The position numbers and the translations under genes are program-made. Positions 30,335-44,073 of a DNA stretch of 64,000 nt are shown in pieces (position 1 is the first letter of the stretch; each line of letters begins with the position of its first letter). The notes under the pieces were generated by a model that worked only from the letters and a program-made list of their open reading frames with translations, had not been told where the DNA came from and ran no database searches. The DNA comes from Mobula hypostoma (Eukaryota), in contig NC_086097.1 in NCBI RefSeq assembly GCF_963921235.1, positions 200,572,001 through 200,636,000 of the forward strand, written 5' to 3'.

Positions 30335-31039
30335 ATGACCGACGCTGCATCTGTTCACGCAGTTTCGTTAAAACTGCCAAGCTTCTGGACGCTGCGACCC
30401 CATTTATGGTTCGAACAAGCAGAAGCACAATTCCACATTCGGCAGATAACCTCGGAGTCCACTCTCTACTACTACGTGCTGAGCTCCCTCGACCAGGAGA
30501 CTGCTGCACAAGTTGAGGAGTTTATACAGTCGCCCCCGGAGGACGGCAAATACACAGCATTCAAAGCCCTGCTCATAAGGACTTTCGGACTCTCACGGCG
30601 CGAACGAGCACGCCGCTTAATGCACCTGGATGGCTTGGGAGACAGGCCGCCGTCAGCATTAATGAACGAGATGCTGGCCCTGGCTGAAGGACACAAACCC
30701 TGCCTCATGTTTGAGCAGGCGTTCCTAGAGCAACTGCCCGAGGACATATGCCTGCTGCTGTCCGACGCAGATTTCAGCAACCCCCGGGAGGTGGCAGCCC
30801 GAGCAGATGTGCTGTGGAATGCCAGGAAAGAGAGAGGGGCATCCGTCGCACAGATCACCAAGCCGCGTGCCCAACGACAGACCAGACCAGGCCCGGCAGC
30901 AGACCCTACAAAACCCGGCGACGGGAGTGAGGAGCCCAACGAACAATGGTGTTTCTACCACCAGCGGTGGGGCACGGAGGCCCGCCGCTGCAGACCGCCC
31001 TGCAAATTCCCGGGAAACGCCAGGGCCAGCCACCGCTGA
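30335..31039 (+). CDS. Gypsy gag-like protein
   Basis: KLPSFW...[13 protein letters not shown]-terminus; WCFYHQRWG...CRPPC Cys/His motif; open frame. Confidence 0.85.
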   Translation: MTDAASVHAVSLKLPSFWTLRPHLWFEQAEAQFHIRQITSESTLYYYVLSSLDQETAAQVEEFIQSPPEDGKYTAFKALLIRTFGLSRRERARRLMHLDGLGDRPPSALMNEMLALAEGHKPCLMFEQAFLEQLPEDICLLLSDADFSNPREVAARADVLWNARKERGASVAQITKPRAQRQTRPGPAADPTKPGDGSEEPNEQWCFYHQRWGTEARRCRPPCKFPGNARASHR

Positions 31040-34000
31040 TGGCTACGGCGGCTGGCCATCAGGACAGCCTCCTGTACGTCTGGGACAAGCAGTCGGGACG
31101 CCGCTTTTTGGTCGACACCGGAGCGGAGATCAGCGTCTTACCTCCAACGAGTTACGACACCCGCAACAGAGAACCGGGACCCACCCGAAGGGCCGCTAAT
31201 GGCATCACAATACGAACCTACGGCACCCGCACGGTGCGGCTACAGTTCAGCTCCAGCCGGTTCACGTGGGACTTCACACTGGCCCCCGTGGCCCAACCAC
31301 TGCTGGGGGCAGATTTTCTACGAGCCCACAGCCTGCTGGTCGACCTGCAAGGGAAGCGATTAGTCCACGCCAAGACTTTTCAAACGTTCTCCCTGGGTGA
31401 AGCACAGTTGCCAGCCCCACACCTGGACTCCATCACGGTGTCCGACGATGAATTCACCAGGGTCCTGGCGGATTTCCCATCAGTACTGACACCGCAGTTC
31501 ACGGCAGCCATGCCCAGACACGGAGTACAGCACCACATCCCGACCCAGGGACCACCCCTCCACGCCCGTGCTCGAAGGCTTCCCCCGGACAAGCTCCGAC
31601 TGGCGAAGGAGTTCAAGAAGATGGAGGAATTAGGGATCATACGACGGTCCGACAGCCCATGGGCCTCCCCGCTTCACATGGTGCCCAAGGCAACGGGGGG
31701 CTGGAGACCATGCGGTGACTACCGCAGACTGAACGAGGCTACAACGCCAGACCGCTACCCTGTGCCGCACATTCAAGACTTCGCAGCAAACCTACACGGC
31801 GCAAGGATCTTTTCCAAGGTAGACCTAGTCCGGGGATACCATCAAATCCCTGTACATCCGGACGACATCCCCAAAACAGTACTTATCACCCCGCTCGGAC
31901 TTTTCGAATTCCTCCGAATGCCGTTTGGTCTAAAGAATGCCGCACAGACTTTCCAGCTGCTAATGGACGCGGTGGGACGCGACCTGGACTTTGCATTCAT
32001 CTATTTGGACGACATCCTCATAGCCAGCAGTAGTCGGCAGGAGCATCTGTCCCACCTCCGCCAGCTCTACTCCTGCCTGAGTGAATTCGGCCTTACAATC
32101 AATCCAGCCAAATGCCAGTTAGGACTCAACACCATTGACTTCCTGGGCCACAGGATTACTAAAGACGGGGCAACCCCGCTGCCCGCCAAGGTAGACGCGG
32201 TCCGCCACTTCCCCCGACCCAACACAATCAAAGGCTTGCAGGAATTTGTGGGTATGGTGAATTTCTACCACCGTTTCCTCCCCTCAGCAGCCCGAACCAT
32301 GCGCCCCTTGTTCACTCTAATGTCGGGTAAGGGCAAGGACATTACCTGGAACGAAGAGGCCGCAACCGCTTTCGTTAAAACCAAAGAAGCCTTGCCAAAC
32401 GCCGCGATGCTAGTGCACCCCAGAACGGACGTTCCTACTGCCCTCACGGTGGACGCATCCAACACAGCAGTCAGTGGACTGCTGGAACAACTCATCGAGG
32501 GTCGCTGGCAACCCCTGGCGTTCTTCAGCAAACACCTACGACCACCCGAACTCAAATACAGTGCTTTCGACCGGGAGCTATTGGCACTATACCTGGCAAT
32601 CCGGCATTTCAGGTACTTCTTAGAAGGTAGGCCCTTCACCACGTTCACAGACCACAAACCGCTTACCTTTGCGTTCACTAAGGTGTCCGACCCCTGGTCG
32701 TCCCGCCAGCAGCGACATCTGTCCTACATCTCTGAGTACACAACGGACATCCGGCATGTCTCTGGAAAGAACAATGTCGTGGCAGACGCACTTTCCAGAC
32801 CCACCATACAGGACCTGTCCCAGGGGGTGGACTATACGGCACTGGTGGAGGCACAGCAGGCAGATGATGAGATCCCCAGTTACAGGACTGCAGTCTCCGG
32901 TTTGCAGCTCCAAGACCTCCCCGTAGGCCCAGGTGAGAGGACCCTACTGTGTGACGTAGCTACCGGCCAACCCCACCTTGTCGTCCCAGCAGACTGGCGC
33001 CAGCAGGTTTTCGAGTCCATTCACAACTTAGCGCACCCCTCCATCAGGACAACCGTCCAGCTGGTCTCCAACAGGTTCATGTGGCATGGACTTCGTAAAC
33101 AGGTCAGTGAATGGGCCAAAACGTGTATGCAGTGCCAAACAGCCAAGGTGCAGCGGCACACCAAGGCTCCGCCACAGCGGTTCGAACCCACCCGCCGGAG
33201 CTTCGACCACATCCATGTGGATATCGTGAGGCCCCTGCCAGTGTCATGAGGAGCACGGTACCTCCTAACTATGATAGACCGGTTCACCAGATGGCCAGAG
33301 GCAGTCCCGCTCAGCGACACCACCTCCGAATCCTGCGCCCGAGCACTGATCGCAACCTGGGTAGCACGCTTTGGGGTACCGGCCCACATTACCTCCGACA
33401 GGGGCGCCCAGTTCACCTCCAGCCTGTGGTCGGCTATGGCCAGACTTTTAGGAACACAGCTACACCACACAACTGCCTACCACCCACAGTCGAACGGACT
33501 AGTAGAGCGCTTCCACCGTCACCTGAAATCGGCTCTCATGGCCCGCCTGGAGGGGCCTAACTGGGTGGACGAACTTCCCTGGGTCCTGCTCGGAATCCCC
33601 ACGGCGCCCAAAGAGGATCTACACACCTCGTCGGCCGAGTTGGTGTACGGCGCGCCCCTGGTCGTCCCAGGAGAGTTCATACCAGCCCCAAGGGGGCAAG
33701 AGGAAGGACCCACAGCAGTCCTGGACAGACTACGGGAGAGGCTCGGTAACCTGGCCCCCATACCCACTTCACAGCATGGACAGAGCCCGACCTGCGTACC
33801 CAAAGACCTGCAGAACTGTAAGTTTCTTTTTGTACGATGGGGCGGACACCGGGCACCGCTACAGCGGCCCTACGAGGGGCCGTTTAAGGTGATCAGGAAC
33901 AACGGGTCCACGTTCGTGCTGGACATTGGGGGGAGAGAGGAGGTTTTCACGGTGGACCGACTCAAACCGGCCCATGTGGACTTGGCGCAACCAGTCCAGG

Positions 34001-34096
34001 CTCAGGCACCGCGGCGCAGGGGCAGACCTCCCAAACAGAGGCCGATCCAGACTGTGGACATTGGGGGAGGTATCGCCGGTTCTGGGGGGGGGGTTA
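31012..34096 (+). pseudogene. Gypsy pol (protease, RT, RNase H, integrase) with one in-frame stop at 33247-33249
   Basis: LVDTGA, YLDD, DAS, HNLAH..CMQC, SDRG, GLVERF, YEGPFKV. ORFs 30946 and 33271 are in the same frame. Confidence 0.92.
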
Positions 34097-34739
34097 TGTG
34101 GCGACCCACTTTCTGGCACCCACGAACCGGCTCACGAAATAGCGTGCGCAGGCAGAGGGCCGGCAGCAAAAAGGGCGCCAGGCCATCTTCACCAGCAGGG
34201 GGAAAATCCCGCGCGCAGAAAGGGTCTGGGAATAGGCATTCCCCACAGCAGTCCCGCCCAGGGAGGGCAGGAATGGGAAGGCTTTAAAGCGGGCCGCGGA
34301 GTTTGAATAAATCTCTTTCATCGCAACTCTAACTCACCGATTCCGTGTGGTTATTCTAGCGCTGTGTGTAGCACATCGCTACAAAGTGCTCTATACCTCA
34401 ATAACAAAAGAGGTAAAAGATAACAAAATTGAAGAGGTCAACATAAAAATAGTAAAATCTGCCAAAAGCAATGAACAAACTACTTCCGAATTGGCAAAAA
34501 TTAAGTTTCAAATATCAGGTACATTAATCATCCCCCCCCCACATCAAAGATATGACACCTTTTTAACTAAAGCTATACAAGGAAATGCTATAGCGCTGGC
34601 TAAGCTGCACAGGAAGATCACCAAAGGAGGATTTAGATCCTAAATGTCCAGAATGTGTTTCCTTCACATATGGTGTTTAACCCTGAGTTTCTGAAATTTT
34701 ATGAACAGTTCCAGACACTACACCTCAGGATGGAAATAC

Positions 34740-37450
34740 CATAGAATAGAACTTAAACAAAGTCAAAAATTTATCGTGCAATGGGACATGGAACTAGGCC
34801 ATTGAACCCAACTTACCACGGCAACCAAGATGTCCATGCAAGCTAGTCGTATTTGCCCACATCTGGCTCATATCCCTCTAAACTAAGGGCTCTCTACCTT
34901 TTTTTATGCCATGCACCAATACCATTAGGCAAGGGGTCTGTGGACTGCAGGTTGGGAATCCCTGTTCAAAACCTTTCCCATTCATGTACTTGTCTAAATG
35001 TGTTTTAAATATTAATGCACCTGCTTCAACCACTTCATCTGATAGCTCTTTCCATATAATCATCAGCCTCTGTGTGAATGAGCCACCTGAAGTCCTGGCA
35101 ACATTCTCTTCTGTCTTTGCACACATTTCAGCTGAAAAAGGTCTTTCCTATAACAGGGTAACAAAAACTTCACACAATACTCCTAAGTGCAGCCTCACCA
35201 ATATCTTGAACAGTTGCAACATCCTTTACCACCATCTAGCTATCACGCTGCTTTCAGGGAACTATCTACTTGTACTCCCAGGTCCCCCTGTTCTATAATT
35301 CCCTAGCACCCTACCATTCACTTTGGAAAGTCCTACCCTGCTCTGATTACCCCCAGCACTAACATGAATTGAATGCCATTCTTTGGCCCACTTACCTAGC
35401 TTCCACTCTCTGCTTCCTATCATCAAGCTAATTATGTATCTACTTAGCTAGCCAGTGCACTTTAGAACCCATGTGCTCTAATCTGCCAGACTAGCCTTCT
35501 ATGTGGAATCTTGTCAAAGGACTTGCTAAAGTCCATATAAACAACATCCACTGCCCAGACCATAATCATACTGGATATCTCCTCAAAAAAAAAAGATCTT
35601 GTGACCAAAATGGTGAGGAAAATTCATTAAAACAGCTCCTGAAGCTTACACATAAATGGCTATGCTGGTCTTTAAGGAGATCTAGTCTCTCTCTTAGCTA
35701 CCCTTTTACTCCTAATATGTCCTCAGAATCTCTTAGGATTCCCCATAACCTTGCTTGCCAGATCCAATTATGCCCTCATGATTTCATTCTTAATTCTACA
35801 TTTCATATTCATCAAAGGATTCGCCTGATCACTACTATGTATATACCTAATGCATGCCTCCTTTTCCCTGACCTGAGCCTAAAAATCTCATCATCCCAGA
35901 ACTAAACTTGGCAGCCTTGTCCTTTACCCTACAAGAAACATGAAGCCCATGAACACTTGATATTGCACTTTTAAAAACCCATTCCAATTCCCTTATACCC
36001 ATGTGTCCCCTTTAGTTGCAACAGTCTCACCCAATCAATCTCAGCAACTTCCTGGCACAATTTAAGACCCTAACTTCTGGTGCAGCCCTACCTTACTTTG
36101 TAATTATTTTAAAGCTAAAAGAATTGTGGTCATTGGTCAAAATGCTCCCCTACTGACATTTCAGCCACTTTCGCTACATCATTCCCCAAGAGGAGGTTCT
36201 AGTTGGACCCTCATAAATTAAGAAAGCTTTCTAGGACACATTTAACAAATTTTATCCCATCCAACCTCTCTGCACTTTGAAGATCAAGTGAATATTAGAG
36301 AAGTTAAAATATCCTGATACCACCTTATCATTCTAAAATCTATCTGGGATCTCTCTACACATTTGTTCTTCTAATTCCTGCTGACAACTGGGGAACCTAT
36401 AATACAGTCTCAAAGTGATTGTTCCCATCTTTTTTTGTGCTTTATGCAATTAGCCTCACAGACATTCTTCTCTAAATACTGCTGTTATGTCCTCTCACAC
36501 CAAAAAAACAACTCCCTACCATCCTCTCTTAGCTGTAGCTCTATCATGCAGCCTCTGCACCCTGGAATATTGAGTTAGTAGTTCTACCCTACTCTCAGCC
36601 ACATTACTGTTATTGCCCCAGTCCCCTGAGCCAATTCATATCACAAGTTCATCCATCTTAACTGTTAACCTTTACTAAATGGGATTTAAACCAGTGGTCT
36701 TTACTTGCTGTGCTCCTTGCTGATTCTATATTTGCCCAACTTCTCAACTCTTCCATTTCGGCTCAGTGATGAATCCCACTGCAAATCTAGTTTAAATCTT
36801 CACAAGAAGCATAAGCAAATCTTCCTCCCAGGATACTGGTTCCACCCTCCAGTGAGGGCAATCCATCCCTTGTGTATAAATAATTTCTGCGCCAAAAGAG
36901 ATCCCAATTACCCAAGAATCTGAAATCCCTGCCCACTGCACCAACCACATTCATTCTTCTACCTCTGCCCATGTGGCACTGGGAGTAATCCAGAGATCAC
37001 CATCCTTGAGGTCTTGCCTTTTAACCCCTTTCCTAAGTTTAGAATGATCTTAGAGTAGGTTAAAAGGTCAGCACAACATCATGGACCAAAAGATCTGTAA
37101 TGTTCTATGTTCTAACTCCCTATACTTACTCTGCAGAACTTCATCCGCTTTTCTACCCATGATACTGGTACCAATGTGCACAACGACATCTGGCTCACCA
37201 GCCCCCTTGAGAATATACTTCCACCAGTCAAGAAATCCCTTGCGACCACACATCTCCTGTCTGTTCACCTATCAAGTTTCCCATCAACACCCTGATTCCA
37301 ATCTTCCCTGCTAAGCCTCAGAGCTAATCATGGTGTCACAGACCTGGCTGTTGCTGCTACTCTCTGAAAGGTCATGCATGCCTCAACAGTATCCAAAGAG
37401 TCAGAGTCATACCTGCTAACGAGGGGAATGGCTCTTAGTAACAGGTCACA
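34740..37450 (-). mobile_element. Old CR1 LINE, decayed, with SGNH-esterase-like ORF1 remnants
   Basis: EPDVVVHIGT; FRFLGNWDLFW...YTRDGL; 3' FTQR...W..L remnant; boundaries approximate. Confidence 0.7.
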
Positions 37451-37479
37451 GGTAATACATCTGTCAGGAACTCAATGAA

Positions 37480-38250
37480 CAGAATCAGATTTAATATTAC
37501 CAACATCTGTCATGAAATTCGTTAACTTTATGACATTTGTACAATGAAATACATGATAAATAAATTTAGAGAAAAAACGCTGAATTGCAGTAAGTTTGTC
37601 TATTAAATAGGTTAAAAATAGTGCAAGAAGAAGAAATAAATAGTGAGGTAGTGTTCATTGGTTCAATGTCCATTTAAAAATCGGATGGCAGGGGAAAAGG
37701 AGCTGTTCCTGAATCATTGAGTGTGTGTGCCTTCAGGCTTTTACATCTCCTTCTCAAGGTAATAACAAGAAAAGGGCTTTCCCTGGCTGGTGGGGGTAGT
37801 TAATAATAGATGCTGCCCTCCTAAGGCACCGCTCCTAGAAGATGTCTTTGATACTACAGAGGTTAGTGCCCATGATGGAGCTGACTAATTTTACAATTTT
37901 TTGCAGCTTCCTTCAATCTTGTACAGTAGCCCCCCCCCCACCCCCATATCAGACAGTGATGTAGCCAGTTAGAATGCTCTCCGTGGTACATTTGCAGGAA
38001 TTTTTTGAGTGTCTTAGTTGATAAACCAAATCTCAAACTCCAAATGAAATATAGCTGGTCTTGTCTTCTTTACAGCTGCATCAATATGTTGCACCCAAGT
38101 TAGACCCTCAGAGATATTGACACCCAGGAACTTGAAATTGCTCACTCTCTTCACTTCTGATCCCTTTGAGGATAGGTTTGTGCTCTGTCATCTTTCCCTT
38201 TCAGAAGTCCACAGTCAGTTCTTTGGTCTTGCTGATGTTAAATGTGACAC
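37480..38250 (-). mobile_element. Rex1/L2-group LINE 3' fragment
   Basis: Reverse complement gives FKFLGVNISE and NSSFP motifs; agaatcag tail. Confidence 0.6.
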
Positions 38251-38339
38251 TCTTCAACTAAGTGGAATATCTTGCTCCAGAAACTCCAAGAGCTAAAACA
38301 TATTCCACTGTTACTAAGTAGGTCATTGTCATAATGTAA

Positions 38340-38519
38340 AAACACGGCACCAACTTTGCACACAGCAAACTCTGACTGACATCAATGAGAGTGTTACAAA
38401 ATAATTGTTTTAGTGATGTGGGTTAAGGGGCACTTGGCTAAGTAACAACCTTCTAGAAATAATGCCGTAGAATCCTTCGTGATCATCCAGAAGAGCAAGC
38501 AAAGCCTCAACTTAGAGTC
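38340..38519 (-). mobile_element. Old Deu-domain SINE remnant serving as the L1 target
   Basis: Recalled similarity: cacagcaaactc...tagtgatgtgggtt...aatgccgtagaatcctt...gcctcaacttaga. Confidence 0.4.
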
Positions 38520-38684
38520 AAAGGCTATCGGAGACTTCCGGTAGCGCTCATGGAGTGAAGTCGCGTTCTTGACTCGCTCCATTACCTCTGAGTTTTTCTT
38601 CTTATGATCAGCTATATTTTAATTAACCATTAAGGTATCAACTTTTACAATACTTTGAAATAAATTGGGCTCTCCGATAATTGG

Positions 38685-39548
38685 ATGCGTTTAAGGTCTG
38701 CTATGTCTAAGAATGGAAAAAACGGGAAGGATGGCAAACCTCCGGTTAGACCGAAAGGTACTGATTTCCCTCTGACTGAACCACCGGTGACTTTGAAAGC
38801 TATATCGGAGGTAATTCAAAGGGAAATTTCAACCTCTGTTACGGAGCTGATTTGTGCGGAAATTTCAACTAGTTTCCAGAAAGTTGCCAATTCAATCGAG
38901 AAGATACAGATATCTATTACGGAACATCGGTCAGCTATATCTGATCTTCAAAAATCCACGCAACAAAGTGAGCTCAAGATGGAGAAAATCGAAGAAACAA
39001 TTAATGTAATGAAGAAGAAACTTGACTTTCTGACCTTTAAAAACTCTGACTTAGAATCTAGAATGCGACGGCAGAATCTTCGAATGATTTGGGTGCGTGA
39101 AGCTGTTGAATCCGATAACCCTATGAAGTATTTTTCTCAACTTTTAAAAGATGCATTTCCTACTGTATTTCCTGACCAACCACCGTTATTGGATCGTGTT
39201 CACAGAGTTCCATCATATTCGCCTAGGTCAGATAAACCTAGACATGTCATTTTACGTTTTCATTACTTTCAAGACAAGGAGAAACTGTTTCGATTTGTTC
39301 GATCTAAAGGTTTCATTGATTTTTTGGATCTTAAGTTCCAATTCGTGGAGGATTTCAGTAAACCAATCCAGGATCAATGGGTTCGTTACAGATCTGTGAT
39401 GTCGGAACTCTACAAGATGGATTTAAAACCAGCGCTGCTTTACCCTGCACGTTTAAGGATTCGTACGCTGGATGGAGCCCTCTGTTTTTTTGAATCTCCA
39501 TCGGATGCCCAGAGTTATCTGGATCAATTTTCACCTTCAACATCTTAA
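38685..39548 (+). CDS. L1 ORF1p (coiled coil, RRM, CTD)
   Basis: DLESRMRRQNLRM, LDRVHRV, PRHVILRF, EDFS, LLYPARLRI. Confidence 0.9.
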   Translation: MRLRSAMSKNGKNGKDGKPPVRPKGTDFPLTEPPVTLKAISEVIQREISTSVTELICAEISTSFQKVANSIEKIQISITEHRSAISDLQKSTQQSELKMEKIEETINVMKKKLDFLTFKNSDLESRMRRQNLRMIWVREAVESDNPMKYFSQLLKDAFPTVFPDQPPLLDRVHRVPSYSPRSDKPRHVILRFHYFQDKEKLFRFVRSKGFIDFLDLKFQFVEDFSKPIQDQWVRYRSVMSELYKMDLKPALLYPARLRIRTLDGALCFFESPSDAQSYLDQFSPSTS

Positions 39549-40262
39549 TCGTAATATTTTAACTATCTCCGTTGATCGGAGGCTGTGAATTTGTCGGTCT
39601 TAATTTTTTTTTTGCCCTATTTGGGCAGAAAAGTTTATTTTTGATTACTTAATATGGTTACTAAACTTTCTTTTTAACTGCGTCATTTCTTTCTTTTTCC
39701 CAGGGGATTCTGGGTGGTTACTTCCTCATCGTCATTTTACGTATTTCCTTTGTGGCCTTAAATGTTGTAGTTTTTTTTTTAAATCTATTTTGTTTTGTAG
39801 GTTTTTATAACTAGTTTATGTTAATAATCTCATTTTTTTTGTTGTTTTGTTTACTCATGGGTCTGGGGTTTATTGTGGGTTTTTTTATATTTTCTGGCTT
39901 TTATTCTGTTATGTGTTTATTTTAATTGAGTTATCTTTTTTTGTTCTTTTACTGTTTTATAATCAGCTGATCTTTTTTATATTTACACTTCTTTTTGGGG
40001 AGCGTATACCGGAAGTCATGGGGGTAGTTTTAGTGCTTGCTTCTTTCGGGCTGGTCTGCGTTAGATTTAGCCTTGGGGTCATGGGGTGGGAGGTGGTGGG
40101 AGGGGCTTCACGTTTTAGTTTCTTTCTTCTTGGGCTATATACATTATTGAAGTATTGGTTGCGTTCTTCTTCCCGGTATCTCTTGTATGTTCTGTTCCCT
40201 TTCTGGGTTCGTGGGTCGAGCCTATCGTCAATCCTCCTTGTTGCGGGTTGACTTTAGGGTTT

Positions 40263-43200
40263 ATGGAGTCTATTATTAATTTTGTCTCCTGGAATACTAA
40301 TGGTCTTAATCACCCTATTAAAAGGAAAAAAGTTTTTAAAGTGTTCCGGAGACTTAAAGCACAAATTTTATTTTTACAAGAGACCCATGTGCGGAGGGGG
40401 AACAGACTACGCTTTTTTAAATTCTGGAAGGAACAACAGTTTCATTCGAACTCCAATGCTAAGATTCGAGGCGTCTCTATTTTTATAGACTCCTCAGTTA
40501 CTTTTATACAACATGATATTATTTCTGATCCGAATGGTAGATTTCTATTGGTTAGTGGTTTACTATTTAATAAAAAAGTAGTTTTGGTTAATGTTTATGC
40601 TCCTAATATGGACTGTCCAGAATTTTATAAATCATTATTTAATCAGTTTCCGAATTTGAATGAGTTTTCATTGATCTGGGGCGGAGATCTTAATACCTGT
40701 TTGTCTCCAGCTTTGGACCGTTCGGCTCCTCTACGGACCTTACCTAATAAATCTGCAACTTTGATTAATTCATTCCTTTCTGATTCTGGGTCGACGGACA
40801 TTTGGCGTTTTTTGCATCCTCAGGAAAAAGATTTTTCTTTTTTTTCACATGTTCATCATTCCTATTCAAGAATTGATTATTTCTTTATTGATTCTCATCT
40901 TATTTCCTCAGTAATTAAATGTGATTATGACTCTATAACCATTTCGGATCATGCTCCACTTAAGCTTTCTATTAAAATTCTGGCCAATATACAAAATAAT
41001 AGACAATGGCGTTTTAATTCACTGTTGCTTCAGGACTCGGACTTTGTTAACTTTATGAATGAACAGATTGATCTTTTTTTTACAATTAACTATACAGAGG
41101 ATATTTCTGTCAACATTCTTTGGGACACTTTTAAAGCTTATATTCGTGGTCAGATTATCTCGTATTCTGCTGCTTTGAGGAAGAAGCTGAAGCAGGAGGA
41201 GTTGGTAATTGTGGACAAGATTAAGGAAATTGATAAGAAATATGTTATAGCTCCTTCTGAGGAGTTATATAAACAAAGAACTGAACTTCAAATGGAACAC
41301 AGTTTATTACTCTCGTCCTCGATTGTAAACCAATTAAAGAAAACAAGAAGTGAATTTTATGTACACAGTGACAAAATTGGCAAACTGTTGGCTAATCAAC
41401 TGAAGTCTAATTATGCTAAATCTCAAATTAATCAGATTTATAACCAAAATGATCGACGGATACTTGATCATGTGGGGATTAATCAAACCTTCTGTGATTT
41501 TTACTCTTCCTTATATCAATCAGAGTCTCCTCGAGATTCTAAATATATGAATGATTTTTTAGATAACCTAGACTTCCCTGAGATTTCACAGGATATGGCT
41601 TCTATGTTAGATACTCCCATTACCATGGATGAGATTAAGAATGTTATTTTCTCTATGAATTTGGGGAAAGCTCCTGGCCCTGATGGGTTTACCATAGAAT
41701 TTTATAAATGTTTTGCTCCTTCATTAATCCCTTGGCTCTGTAGGGTTTTTGAGGCTTCATTAAAACTTGGTAAACTTCCTGAATCTTTCAATAGAGCGTC
41801 AATTTCTCTAATATTAAAGAAGGATAAAGATCCTGCTCAATGTGCATCTTATAGACCAATATCTTTATTAAATGTTGATTCTAAAGTTTTTTCTAAGTTA
41901 TTAGCAAATAGATTAGAAAAAGTACTTCCTTCTATTATTTCGGAAGACCAAACGGGTTTTATTAAAGGTCGTTACTCTTTTTATAATATTCGCACACTGT
42001 TAAATATCGTTTATACTCCCTCACAAAATGTTCCTGAGTGTGTTATCTCTTTAGATGCTGAGAAAGCTTTTGATAGAGTAGAATGGCCTTATTTATTTAA
42101 GGTGCTTGAAATGTTTAATTTTAGCTCGAAATTTATATCCTGGATTAAACTGTTATATCATTCTCCTGTGGCCTCGGTCCGTACTAACTCTTTAAGTTCA
42201 CCTTTTTTCCCTCTTTTTCGAGGTACTCGACAAGGTTGTCCTCTTAGTCCTTTATTATTTGATATTGCATTAGAACCTCTTGCAATTGCCATTCGAGAAT
42301 CTCCAAATATTACTGGGATAACTCGGGGCTTAAAGTCCCATAAAATATCACTCTATGCTGATGATTTACTTTTATATATTTCTAATCCTCAAAAATCCAT
42401 CCCGGCTGTTTTAGAGCTATTAGCACAATTTGGTCTTTTTTCAGGTTATAATTTAAATCTTAGTAAGAGTGAACTCTTTCCGATTAATAAACAACTTCCC
42501 TTATATTATAAATTTCCAATTAAATTGATTAATAATTATTTTTCATATCTTGGGATTAAAATTACTTGTAAATACAAAGATTTATTTAAGATTAACTTTT
42601 TACCATTAATAGACCATATTATTCAACTTTCATCTAAATGGTTTCCTTTATATTTAACTTTGATTGGTCGTATTAATGCAGTTAAGATGTTTTTTTTGCC
42701 AAAATTTTTATATATATTTCAGGCATTACCAATCTTTGTTCCAAAAACTTTTTTTGACAAAGTTGACTCTAAAATTTCTTCATTTATTTGGCAGAATAAA
42801 AACCCGTGACTGGGTAAAATACATTTACAGAAAGCTAAGAGAGATGGAGGCTTAGCATTACCTAACTTTAGATTTTATTATTGGGCAATTAATATTCGAC
42901 ATATGAAATTCTGGTTACTTGACCAGGATATACTATCCATTCCTAAATGGGTAGCATTGGAATTACAATCTGTTCAGGGTTTTACACTTGGCTCTATTTT
43001 AGGTTCCTCTCTTCCTTTTGATTTGAAACGCCTTAAACAGGTGTCTAACCCGATAGTTAAATATACCTTACGTATTTAGTTTCAATTCAGAAAATTTTTT
43101 GATCTTAATCAATTGGGGTTAGTGATTCCTATTTTAGGTAACATATTTTTTCCTCCCTCTTTTACGGATCGTGCTTTTCAAATTTGGAAGACTAAGGGTA

Positions 43201-44039
43201 TTTCACGGTTTTTGGATTTATTTTTAGATGGTTCCCTTATGTCTTTTGAACAATTATCTAATAAATATAACTTATCAAGAATACATTTTTTTAGATATCT
43301 ACAAGTTAGAAATTTCCTAAGTACTATACTTTCTTCCTTTCCAATGCTTCCTCCTACATACATTTTAGATACTATAATTAACCTTAATCCATGTCAGAAA
43401 GGTGCATCGGCTATGATTTATAATATTATTATGAAACTTAGGAAAGCTCCATTTGATAAGATTAGGGTAGATTGGGAACAGGAATTGGGGTTTACCATTT
43501 CTGTGGATGACTGGGGGCAGATTTTACAATTAGTCAATACTTCCTCGATCTGTGCTAAACATTCCCTAATTCAATTTAAAGTTGTTCATAGAGCACATAT
43601 GTCCAAAGATAAGTTAGCGCGCTTTTATTCTCATATTAATCCTTTTTGTGATAGATGTCCGGGGCAGATAGCCTCTTTAACTCATATGTTTTGGTTTTGC
43701 CCTACTTTGGAAACTTTTTGGAGAGACATTTTTAATATTATCTCCAAGGTATTGAATATAGATATCTCTCCTCACCCTATTACTGCTATCTTTGGACTAC
43801 CTAAAATTTCCAGTAATCTTTCCCCTTCAGCCCGTAGAATGATTGCATTTCTTACTTTAATGGCGAAAAGATGTATCTTACAACATTGGAAAGAGCTTAA
43901 TGCTCCAACTACCTTTTTTTGGTTTTCTCAGACGATATTATGCTTGAATTTGGAGAAAATTAGAAGCGATCTTTATGACTCCTCATTTAAATTTGAACAG
44001 ACTTGGAGATCTTTTATTCAATATTTTCATTTAATGTAA
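40263..44039 (+). pseudogene. L1 ORF2p (APE endonuclease, RT, Cys-rich C-terminus) with two nonsense codons
   Basis: SWNTNGL, LQETH, GGDLN, SRIDY, SDH, YRPISLLN, GTRQGCPLSP, YADD, CDRC...HMFWFC. One frame, with TGA at 42807 and TAG at 43077. Confidence 0.93.
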
Positions 44040-44073
44040 TATATACCCTTCTTGTTTTTTTTTTACTGTTTTT

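Larger units (their letters stand above)
30008..34383 (+). mobile_element. Full-length Ty3/Gypsy LTR retrotransposon
   Basis: 287-bp TG...CA LTRs at 30008-30294 and 34097-34383; 4-bp TSD AAGT; PBS TGGTGACCCCGACG at 30297-30310; G-run PPT at 34084-34093; domain order PR-RT-RH-IN. Confidence 0.97.
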
